A stretch of DNA of 63,905 nucleotides, the filler included. It is 8 parts of 8 records of this genome, joined end to end, with 100 filler letters (N's around TTAATTAATTAA, not from the genome) between each part and the next. Parts side by side here need not be neighbours in the genome. Positions count along the whole stretch, not along the records: positions 6,601 to 13,206 come from SRR31156797_39265; positions 13,307 to 22,815 come from SRR31156797_39295; 6 more parts are not named here. One strand, written 5' to 3'. Shown here in pieces: positions 8,399 to 17,089 of the stretch. Every line of letters starts with the position of its first letter. The stretch's first letter is position 1. Position numbers and translations under genes: made by a program. The notes below the pieces were generated by a model. The model was not told where the DNA came from and ran no database searches. It was given only the letters and a program-made list of their open reading frames with translations.

Positions 8399-9349
8399 TT
8401 AATAATTCCAGTAATCACTTACTAATGTATCCGCAAATATGGAAAAAGCGGGATCATCTGTGAGGGTGGTAAAATAATCCAGCTGACGTATATGAATTTT
8501 ATGATAAACCGGATTCGTATGTTTGTGTCGGAGACAATAGTATGAAATACCCTCTGGATTTCGGAAAGAATACATATTATTATTGATCGTTGTCAAATAT
8601 ACCGATAATACATTTCTAACGTTCTCGCTATCATTGACTAAACGGTAATAATCATATAAGCCTATGAGCGCATACATAAATCCATTGAAAGTATGATCCG
8701 GAGGAGTACCCGGATATTCCTCGATCCATGCAAATTTAGCTGAATCAATACAGACAATTTCTTTGCTCAGGGAGGAGTAAGGATTTAATGTCTCAAACAT
8801 TTTATCGGCCAGAGGCGTAGATGATGAGTCTTCTAAATAATATGACAAAAATGAGAACAGCGATAAAGCCAAACCTTGGGCCATACCGGAATACCATGGG
8901 TTAGAATGATAAATATCAAAATGGACATAATTCATTCTGTATTCAAGCAACCCGTCTTCATCCATTAATCCGATCAAGGCATCCCGATGTTTCAGGGCGG
9001 TATTGAGAAATTGTATCGAATCGGGCATATTGATATAGTGATCAAAGAAATTCAATCCTCTCGTAGCAATAGCTACAGGATTATAGTAATCCAGGTACAA
9101 ATAACGAGAAATGATAACTCCTTCTTCATCTGCTGTAAAATTGTAGGGGTCAACACCAATGTAATTGCCAAGGGGATATCGGAAATAGAGTTCCATTTCA
9201 TCAATAATGTTAATATTGAACTGTTTGTCTTGTAATTCACCGACTTGCGGCAAAGTATCACAACCTGAGACCAACAGGAGCATAACAGTAAATACTAAAA
9301 GAATCGATTTATTTTTAATTTGTTTAAACATTATTGCTAGTAATTCCAA
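8399..9349 (-). CDS. lipoprotein with D-glucuronyl C5-epimerase C-terminal domain (paralogue 3; likely start 9331)
   Basis: YNPV.IA..GL, PWYSGMAQGLALS, WIEEYP..PPDHTFNGFMYALIGLYDY, YHKIHIRQL; lipobox VSGC. Confidence 0.8.
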   Translation of the reverse strand: MELLAIMFKQIKNKSILLVFTVMLLLVSGCDTLPQVGELQDKQFNINIIDEMELYFRYPLGNYIGVDPYNFTADEEGVIISRYLYLDYYNPVAIATRGLNFFDHYINMPDSIQFLNTALKHRDALIGLMDEDGLLEYRMNYVHFDIYHSNPWYSGMAQGLALSLFSFLSYYLEDSSSTPLADKMFETLNPYSSLSKEIVCIDSAKFAWIEEYPGTPPDHTFNGFMYALIGLYDYYRLVNDSENVRNVLSVYLTTINNNMYSFRNPEGISYYCLRHKHTNPVYHKIHIRQLDYFTTLTDDPAFSIFADTLVSDYWNY

Positions 9350-10296
9350 TAATCCGTTTCAAGCGTATCGGCAAATAAAGCAAAAGTAGAGTCATGAGTA
9401 AAACTTGTAAATAGATCCAATTGTTGTACATGGATCTTGTGATATGTGTGATCGGTGTGATGATGCCGTATGCAGTAAAATGATATATTCCCCGGATTGC
9501 GATATTCTCGCATATAGGCTTCTACAGTTGTAAGATAAGCCGATAAAACATCACCAACCTCGGCATTTGGTTTAAGAAGGTGATAGTAATCATACACCCC
9601 GATAATGGCATGCATAAAACCGTTGAATGTCCTATCAGGTGGATCCCCGGGGTATTCCTCTATCCAGGCATAACCCGCGGTATCTATATCCACAACTTCA
9701 GCGCTTATCTTTAAATTTGGGTCAAGGGTTTTGTATACTTTATGGGCAACTTCCGCTGAAAGGGAATCCTCCGTATAATAAGCCAGTCGTGATAAGAGCG
9801 AAAGCGCCAATCCTTGCGCCATACCCGAATACCATGGTTCAAAAAGCACAATATCAAAATGGTGGTAATTCATACGGTATTCAAAGTATCCCTCATCGTC
9901 CATCAGTTCAATTAATGCATCCCTATGCCTGAATGCGTAATCCAGATAAAGCGAATCCTGAACATTGACATATCTGTCATATAGATTAATGCCCCGCAAA
10001 CATATACTGACCGGATTATAATAAGTATAATATAAATATCTGGATAAGATCACGCCACTGCTATCCATTTCGTATTGAAAAGGCGGGAAGATATCATAAT
10101 AGACAGGAAGATAGGTGTAGTATAGGTCATGATAATCTAGACTGTACAATGTATATTCATTGTTTTTCATTTCGGGAATGTCATTGGGGCCGCTGCACCC
10201 GCCGGAGCAAGATACAATACAAACCACGAATAAAAGGACAAATAAATTTGATAATAACTTTGATTTCAATGCATGCTCCTTAATTACCAATCCCAA
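9337..10296 (-). CDS. lipoprotein with D-glucuronyl C5-epimerase C-terminal domain (paralogue 2)
   Basis: Same motifs; lipobox IVSC. Confidence 0.8.
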   Translation of the reverse strand: MGLVIKEHALKSKLLSNLFVLLFVVCIVSCSGGCSGPNDIPEMKNNEYTLYSLDYHDLYYTYLPVYYDIFPPFQYEMDSSGVILSRYLYYTYYNPVSICLRGINLYDRYVNVQDSLYLDYAFRHRDALIELMDDEGYFEYRMNYHHFDIVLFEPWYSGMAQGLALSLLSRLAYYTEDSLSAEVAHKVYKTLDPNLKISAEVVDIDTAGYAWIEEYPGDPPDRTFNGFMHAIIGVYDYYHLLKPNAEVGDVLSAYLTTVEAYMREYRNPGNISFYCIRHHHTDHTYHKIHVQQLDLFTSFTHDSTFALFADTLETDYWNY

Positions 10297-11303
10297 TAAT
10301 CCGTTTCAAGCGTATCTGCAAAAAGGGCAAAACTTGAGTCTTGAGTAAAATCGGTGAAAAGATCCAATTGCCATACATGGATCTTATGGTAAGTGCGATC
10401 AATATGATGATGTTTAAGGCAATAATATGAGATACCGTCCGGATTGCGATATTCCCTCATATATGCCTCAATAGTTGTTAAATAAGCCGAAAGGATATCC
10501 GCAGTTTCCTGATCAGAATTTACCAGGTGGTAATAATCGTATATTCCGATGATGGCGTGCATAAAACCATTGAAGGTCCTGTCCGGAGGATTGCCGGGGT
10601 ATTCTTCTATCCAGGCATATCCGAGTTTATCAACATCTACAACTTCCGGACTTAAGAGTGAATAGGGATTTAAGGTTTGAAATACATTATGAGCCAAATC
10701 TTCTGAAATGCTATCCTGAGCACAAGCAGCCATACGGGATAACATCGAAAGGGCCAGTCCCTGCGCCATACCCGAGTACCAGGGATCCATAAAGACAATA
10801 TCATAGTGGTTATAGTTCATTTGGTATTCAAAGAGATAGTTTTCGTCCATCAATTCGATCAACCTGTCTCGATGTCTATTCGCAAGATCAAGATACAAGG
10901 AATCTCTCATATTCATATATCTGTCAAAGTAATTCAATCCCCTTAGACATAAGGCTACGGGATTATAATACATAATATTCTTGTATTGAGTAATGATCAC
11001 AGAGTCTTCATCCATGACATAATCAAAGGGATCCATGGCCTCATAAAAAGATAAAGAATAATTATAATAAAGATCGGGGTAATCAAGGCTAATGAAAGAA
11101 TAATGATTATCGTTCAAAGTTTCGGGAGGATCGAAGGGCTTATCACAACTTTGCAGACTGAAAACAATAAGGAAAAGTACAAATAGCATTCGCATATGTC
11201 TATTGAATTTTTTCACTGAGTTCATACTCCATATTTTACTGAACTTATTAATTTCGGCAATAAACCGATAGGGAATTTTAAGTGAATCCATTGATAAATC
11301 CAA
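10284..11303 (-). CDS. lipoprotein with D-glucuronyl C5-epimerase C-terminal domain (paralogue 1; start probably downstream, ~11195-11225)
   Basis: Same motifs; lipobox LQSC. Confidence 0.8.
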   Translation of the reverse strand: MDLSMDSLKIPYRFIAEINKFSKIWSMNSVKKFNRHMRMLFVLFLIVFSLQSCDKPFDPPETLNDNHYSFISLDYPDLYYNYSLSFYEAMDPFDYVMDEDSVIITQYKNIMYYNPVALCLRGLNYFDRYMNMRDSLYLDLANRHRDRLIELMDENYLFEYQMNYNHYDIVFMDPWYSGMAQGLALSMLSRMAACAQDSISEDLAHNVFQTLNPYSLLSPEVVDVDKLGYAWIEEYPGNPPDRTFNGFMHAIIGIYDYYHLVNSDQETADILSAYLTTIEAYMREYRNPDGISYYCLKHHHIDRTYHKIHVWQLDLFTDFTQDSSFALFADTLETDYWDW

Positions 11304-11363
11304 TGAACAATTGTTATAATTTATTTATGAAAACTGATCAATGAATTTTCAATTGAGATACAA

Positions 11364-12929
11364 CTACTTTAGAAGCAGCATTTTTTTGGATTCAATGAAT
11401 TCCCCGGCTTTCATACTGTAAATATAAACACCGCTGGGAACGGGATTGCCGTTGTGGTCTTTGCTGTTCCAAGTGAATTCATATGCGCCTGCATTTTGAT
11501 TTTGATATGACCATTGTTTTATCTTTCTACCCGAAAGATCATAGATCGCCAGTTCAACATCACTGATAGCTGACAGTTGGTAACTTATAGTTGTTGTTGG
11601 GTTGAAGGGGTTGGGGTGGTTTTGGTTTAACACAAAGCATATATTGGTTGGAGTAATATTACTTAAAAACGAATCTGTTTCCCAAATCAGATATATATAC
11701 CCGTTATTGATCTCGCCGTTCGTATCAATTGCCCAAATTTCATTAAAATTCCAACTGCTGTCGGAAAAGGTGGATAGCGATTTCATTTCTAAGGTTGTCT
11801 TACCCATGCCACCAGCTGATTGAGTCTGTCCTGATGTTTCGATATCCCAATAGCAATTATCAACTTGTTGGTCGTAATCATTACTACCTATTAGTCCTCC
11901 AGCGATACCCGACATTAATCCATTGTTATAACAATTCATTATACTGGAATAAAAGAACAATTCACCAATGACACCACCCGACCCTGATCCACTGATTTTA
12001 CCGGTATTATAACAATTTTTAATATTTGCATATTGTACATATCCTGCAATACCACCTGCATTTGCTGCACTAATATCACCAATATTATAACATTCGAAAA
12101 TGTTAACAATATTGTACTCATTTCTTAATTCATTCATTCCATAAATTCCGCCCCCGGCATTATCTGCTATAACCGTAGCAGTATTACCACATTGATAAAT
12201 ATTCGAACCATTATAACCAACTAAACCTCCGATAGCACTAGCCCCTTCCACTCTCCCGTTACAATAACATTTTTCAATGATATCGTCATGACTATATCCA
12301 ATCAAACCACCTACATATGTTTTTGCTTTAATTGTCGCTGAATTGATGCAATTTGTGATTTTCCCATCACAAGATATACCTGCCACTCCTCCTATATTTA
12401 CTCTATCATTAGAGGAAATATCATATACTACTGCCCTAATTGCTCCGCTAATATGGCATTTGTTTATTGTGGTGCCACCATTAAATCCTACCACCCCCCC
12501 AATAAATCCATTTCCCGTATAATTTATATCTGTTAAAAAAAGATTTTCAATAACCGCATCACTTGTGACAGAGAATAACCCCAATTTAGATTCTGTTTTT
12601 CTATTAATAAAAAGATCATATATCACATAATTTTGCCCATCATAAAAGCCGGTAAAATAGTTTTCGGCACTATATGCTATTGGTAACCATCCTTTTCCAT
12701 CAAACCAATTTTCCGTATCCGTCGCATTAATATCCGCCGTTTGAATATAATGTTTATCCCAATTGATAGAATCAGCTGAAATCCAATAGAGATTTTCTAA
12801 CGTAGCAATTTGATAAGGATTCGCTTCAGATCCATCACCGGCATCAGGTGCAACAGCTGTTTGAGCGAATATCGAAGATGCAATAATGATCAGCATGATA
12901 ATTCTTTTTAACATAAGCTTTCTCCTCAC
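11364..12929 (-). CDS. secreted GLUG-motif repeat protein with FlgD-Ig/T9SS-like C-terminal sorting domain
   Basis: Signal peptide, GDGSEANPYQI, repeated xGGxxG units, C-terminal QNHPNPFNPTTTISY...SGVYIY...KKMLLLK. Confidence 0.85.
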   Translation of the reverse strand: MRRKLMLKRIIMLIIIASSIFAQTAVAPDAGDGSEANPYQIATLENLYWISADSINWDKHYIQTADINATDTENWFDGKGWLPIAYSAENYFTGFYDGQNYVIYDLFINRKTESKLGLFSVTSDAVIENLFLTDINYTGNGFIGGVVGFNGGTTINKCHISGAIRAVVYDISSNDRVNIGGVAGISCDGKITNCINSATIKAKTYVGGLIGYSHDDIIEKCYCNGRVEGASAIGGLVGYNGSNIYQCGNTATVIADNAGGGIYGMNELRNEYNIVNIFECYNIGDISAANAGGIAGYVQYANIKNCYNTGKISGSGSGGVIGELFFYSSIMNCYNNGLMSGIAGGLIGSNDYDQQVDNCYWDIETSGQTQSAGGMGKTTLEMKSLSTFSDSSWNFNEIWAIDTNGEINNGYIYLIWETDSFLSNITPTNICFVLNQNHPNPFNPTTTISYQLSAISDVELAIYDLSGRKIKQWSYQNQNAGAYEFTWNSKDHNGNPVPSGVYIYSMKAGEFIESKKMLLLK

Positions 12930-13306
12930 CCACCCTGTGCAATGTGTAAATGTATGTAGAATAATAAACTTATATTATGAGAATAGCAAACGACTTTTAC
13001 AGATTATGGGTTATGGGTGTTGGATGATTAATTCGGGACAGATATATCTGTCCCCTTCACCGCCTTGAATAACGAACATTAGAACAATCGAAGTAATTGT
13101 CAATTGTCCTTTTTCAATTGTTAATTGTTTCCACCCCATACTCCGAACTCTCATGCTCCCATACTGTTTTTTCGATAGAAAAAACAAACATCCGCATAGC
13201 GGATGTNNNNNNNNNNNNNNNNNNNNNNNNNNNNNNNNNNNNNNNNNNNNTTAATTAATTAANNNNNNNNNNNNNNNNNNNNNNNNNNNNNNNNNNNNNN
13301 NNNNNN

Positions 13307-13336
13307 TCGCAAGTTCAAATCTTGCCGTCCCGACCA
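13307..13336 (+). tRNA. 3' fragment of a tRNA, probably tRNA-Pro
   Basis: GCAAG-TTCAAAT-CTTGC T-arm and acceptor end CGTCCCGACCA; anticodon lies off-contig, so identity is inferred from the acceptor stem. Confidence 0.75.
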
Positions 13337-13343
13337 TATATAT

Positions 13344-13383
13344 AAAAATGCTTTCAACATTCGTGTTGAAAGCATTTTTTTTT
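13344..13383 (+). terminator. intrinsic (bidirectional) terminator
   Basis: AAAAATGCTTTCAACA-TTCG-TGTTGAAAGCATTTTT followed by T run. Confidence 0.85.
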
Positions 13384-13460
13384 GAGTTGGTTACGCTGCC
13401 CGGCCCGCCTTTTCTGATTCCGGGGACAGGTAACCACCCTTGGCTGTTAATTAGATGGTA

Positions 13461-13920
13461 TTAAATGTACCAGATCCATATCAGGCCAAGTGCCTTTACC
13501 GGGATAAAAAATTTGCCAAGCCGGGGGGCATAAACGTTGATCCCTTCCAGCTGAACTTGTTCGCCGTCCGGGTCGATCACATAGTCCTTGCCTGAAGGAA
13601 ATTGAAAGCCCCTGACCATGAGGATGGGGTTCTCCGGGTCTGTCGTATCAATGGTGAAATCTCCGGCTTTCGCCGCATCGGCGTAAAGCGTTTCCGTAAT
13701 GCTCGCAAGGTCAAATCCAAATGCATCGGCAACAATGGTTGCCATTTCTGTGTTGTCATAGAGTCCGGCAGGCTTGTTGGGACCGTATGCCCACAACGGA
13801 ACGGATTATCCGCTGTGCCCGTGGGTGGTAAAACCAAGTTTGGTCAGGTTCTTGGAAATGTAGTCACAAAGCGGGTATTGAGCCTCGTAGGACTCGGAAC
13901 CGTACCTGGGTTCGGGATCT
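13461..13920 (-). pseudogene. C-terminal remnant of alkaline phosphatase
   Basis: Frame reads ...ISKNLTKLGFTTHGHSG*SVPLWAYGP..PAGLYDNTE, the AP C-terminal metal motif with in-frame TAA at 13806-13808; N-terminal part absent. Confidence 0.75.
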
Positions 13921-13922
13921 TT

Positions 13923-14720
13923 CTATAATTGACGGGTATAGTTCAGGGGGGAGTGAGCGGCTAAAAAAACAGGGGCTTCGAACCAGCAACGCCGGGGGGC
14001 GGAAGTCTGTAAATGGGGCAGGCAGTGGGGCTTCCCGGCATGAAGGATTCCGGGAAACGGGGGAATGGCCGCCACAATATCCCTGGCGGAAGCCACCCGG
14101 TAAATGTTGATCTCTTTGGTTGCATTTACAAAATCTGCATCGCCGATCCTGGGCGAACCAAAGGTATAGACCGCCGCCGGTTTTTTTAAGGTGGCCGCGA
14201 GTACGGCCAGGGCACCCCCCAGGCTGTGTCCGGTATAATAAAGAGGACCGGATACGGCATCGAGCTTGTGGTGAATCTTTTCCCAGGCTTCCAGAAGGAG
14301 CAGCTTGAATCCCTTGTGAACGTTTCCTCCCGGTGGCCACGGGGAGAGGCCGGTGTTCAAATTGAATAGCCAGTTGGCGATTCGACCCTGGGTTCCCCGG
14401 AAAACCAGGGCTGAAAACCCTCGTTCCGGTCCGGGCGGGGGTCCCATGATGGCGCACTGAATATGCCTGCCGTTGTAGAACCAGCGTTCCTCCAGTCCTG
14501 TTTTACCCAGAAAATGATTCCGAGCCGTCGTCTGGTATTCCTGGTTGATTTTATCGGGCCCCTTCAGGTAAATCAACCGTGACAGTTCGGACAACCACCA
14601 TGCATTTCCTTGACTGAATCCCGGTTCTTCCGTTTCAAAAGGTTTCGGTGTGCTTGCCTGGAAAAAATCAGCAGCTTTCCCGGGATTGAAAATGGGTCCC
14701 CATGCGTAACTATAAGGCAT
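13923..14720 (-). CDS. class 3 lipase (alpha/beta hydrolase)
   Basis: VFRGT, VHKGF, TGHSLGGALA, YTFGSPRIGD, DIV, C-terminal H. Confidence 0.9.
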   Translation of the reverse strand: MPYSYAWGPIFNPGKAADFFQASTPKPFETEEPGFSQGNAWWLSELSRLIYLKGPDKINQEYQTTARNHFLGKTGLEERWFYNGRHIQCAIMGPPPGPERGFSALVFRGTQGRIANWLFNLNTGLSPWPPGGNVHKGFKLLLLEAWEKIHHKLDAVSGPLYYTGHSLGGALAVLAATLKKPAAVYTFGSPRIGDADFVNATKEINIYRVASARDIVAAIPPFPGILHAGKPHCLPHLQTSAPRRCWFEAPVFLAAHSPLNYTRQL

Positions 14721-14977
14721 TTTGAACTCTGGCTTTTTTTATGTTGAATGGCCGACAGCGGAAAAAGTTCCGCTTAAATGGGATAACTGTATTGTGGAAA
14801 TGCCCGGGGTGTCAAGGACGTATTAGGATTTTGTTAAATGTTTGCATTCTGCGGATGGGATGGCGCAAGGGGCATCTCCTTTGAGACCTGCAGGCAGGTG
14901 GTCCGGAAAGGGATACCCCGTGGGTATATTTGATATTGACCTTGTACGTGGTTACCGTCCAACGATCGGAAGCGTGT

Positions 14978-16027
14978 TTATATTTTTTCCCTGACCACAT
15001 TAAAAACGATCATGGCGTCCGTAACCGAGCTTTTTCCCGAATGGAGAAAGGCTGTGATCCAGACAAGCTCAAGAAAAAGAATGACGCCGGGTTCCCAGAG
15101 GGCCGTCAGGCCAAGGTTCAGGTCCGGCATTCCCGTTGTTACCGAAAAAACCGGTAGAATGAGGCTGGAATAAACGATGGCCCCAAGGGCCATGACCTGG
15201 TACATGGAGAACTTCATGGTTCCCCTGAAATCCGCCCGGAAAAATTCGGAAATCACCCGCCATGTCTGGGTGACCCAGAGGGTCTCCATGAATGCCGCCC
15301 CAAACTTTCCTTCCAGGAAGAGCCAGGTGCCCATGAGGCCGGAAATGGTATAGATGACAGCCGTGATCATCTGTATGGGGAGCAGTTTTTTTCCGTCCAG
15401 GCCTGCGGCGTAGGCGGCTTTTTTGGTTTTTCCGTGAAAAACCAGATTGAACCTGGCAAAGATTCTCCGGGCCAGGGGGCCGCACTGGGACAGGGGCTTG
15501 CCGTAGCAGCAGCCGAAACTGATACAGGCAAGCCGTCCCAGGGCCTCGCCAAAGGTATAGGCAATGGAAACGGCCGCAAGCATCACAGGCACCGGCAGTG
15601 AAAAACCATTGGCCTTTCCAAGGGTCATGTTCACAAGAACCATGAGCCAGGGGGCGCTGATGACACCAACAAAGACGGCGCCGCCCACGGTCAGGGTGCC
15701 CTGTTTTTTTTCCACCAGCCGGGCCATGATTCTGGAGGCGGGAATGGTGACGGATAAAAGAAAAACGGTCAGTACCACCAGGGGGGAAAGCCCGATGCCC
15801 GCAGCCTTTGCCAGAACGATCAGGAGAGCCGTGCCAAAGGTATAGGCATTGGCGGACAAGAGGCCGTACCAGGTCAGGTTCAGTCCTTTCCATTGACCAT
15901 TGGCACTTTTTTCAAGGGGCAGGGTGGCCAGCATTTGCCTTTTTTCCCCGGGCAGGGTTCGGTATCCCCAGGTGAGCGCCAAGGCCATGAAAACGGCCAG
16001 TCCCAGAACAAAAAACAGTGGATTCAT
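14978..16027 (-). CDS. Lgt-like (prolipoprotein diacylglyceryl transferase family) membrane protein
   Basis: GRLACISFGCCYG and RVISEFFRAD match Lgt-family motifs; multiple TMs; divergent from housekeeping Lgt. Confidence 0.75.
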   Translation of the reverse strand: MNPLFFVLGLAVFMALALTWGYRTLPGEKRQMLATLPLEKSANGQWKGLNLTWYGLLSANAYTFGTALLIVLAKAAGIGLSPLVVLTVFLLSVTIPASRIMARLVEKKQGTLTVGGAVFVGVISAPWLMVLVNMTLGKANGFSLPVPVMLAAVSIAYTFGEALGRLACISFGCCYGKPLSQCGPLARRIFARFNLVFHGKTKKAAYAAGLDGKKLLPIQMITAVIYTISGLMGTWLFLEGKFGAAFMETLWVTQTWRVISEFFRADFRGTMKFSMYQVMALGAIVYSSLILPVFSVTTGMPDLNLGLTALWEPGVILFLELVWITAFLHSGKSSVTDAMIVFNVVREKI

Positions 16028-16028
16028 T

Positions 16029-17060
16029 TTAAAATTCTCCTTTCTCGTAATTTTCGCTTAACGGTACCCCCGTGCCAATGACGGATCGAACCTTGACGGC
16101 TGTTTCCACAAGCTGGCTGCCAAATCCTTTTGAAAAGCGGCTGATTGCATCGGTTCTTGACATGTTCTCCACAATATCCCGGGAGAATTTCATTCTGCCC
16201 CTTTGAAAGATCAGAATGGTGGTGGAACTGCCCGGCCTGAAAAGACTTTTGGGCCGACCCTTCTCAATAAACAATCCGGGTTCCACCGGTACCGGCGATT
16301 CGTACCCGGTCCGGCTGTAACATTGGACGATTTGCCCGATCATCAGGGCCACCACCTCCACCATGGCCACAAGACCCATCCGGGATCCGCCGGGCACGTC
16401 CGTATTGATTATGGTCACCACCCGCCTGTTCCTGGAGAAGGGCGTCACCTCCCTGACCACGGCAGCTGGATTGCAGGAGTGAAAGCTGCCGTCAATGGCA
16501 TAGACGTCTTCGACAATGCCGGACACGGGCGCATGGTTGTAATGGTATTTTTCCGGCGTCAGCCTGAACACCGCAACGTCTCCATGGAAAAAGGCCTTTT
16601 GCCAGGAGGGCTTGTCCGGTCCCATAAGGTCTGCGTAGTCAAAGAATTTTTCCTTGATGAACAGGGGATTGGCGTCGGAAAAGGAGCCGATCAGCATGGA
16701 TGCATCGGCCGGGGATACCACGGCCGATGCATCCCCGGCCATGGGCCTTACTTCCCAGTACCTGATCTGCCGCTCAAATATTTTCCTGTAGGAATCGAGA
16801 TCCTCCACCCTGCCGGCCACTTCGTCAAGGTCGATGCCCCGGGATTGGAGGAATTTTCTTGTCTCTGCCGGACCCCGCCGAAAGGGGATGTCATAGGTTG
16901 CGGCACCCAGAAGGGCGGATATCCTTTTTGAGATCAGCAGCTTAAAAAGGAATCCGGCATTCTCCCGGACATCCGAATAGATCAGGTTCACCACCCGGTC
17001 GGCAAAGAGTTGTTCCGTCTTGACCCTGGAGGTCTCCCGTTCAATGTATTGGTGTTTCAT
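16029..17060 (-). CDS. psd: phosphatidylserine decarboxylase family proenzyme
   Basis: F.R.IR...RP, VSPAD, FRLTPEKYHYNHAPV, PGSST autocleavage motif. Confidence 0.85.
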   Translation of the reverse strand: MKHQYIERETSRVKTEQLFADRVVNLIYSDVRENAGFLFKLLISKRISALLGAATYDIPFRRGPAETRKFLQSRGIDLDEVAGRVEDLDSYRKIFERQIRYWEVRPMAGDASAVVSPADASMLIGSFSDANPLFIKEKFFDYADLMGPDKPSWQKAFFHGDVAVFRLTPEKYHYNHAPVSGIVEDVYAIDGSFHSCNPAAVVREVTPFSRNRRVVTIINTDVPGGSRMGLVAMVEVVALMIGQIVQCYSRTGYESPVPVEPGLFIEKGRPKSLFRPGSSTTILIFQRGRMKFSRDIVENMSRTDAISRFSKGFGSQLVETAVKVRSVIGTGVPLSENYEKGEF

Positions 17061-17089
17061 CCCATTGCCTTTTTTGTTTTTACTGACAT

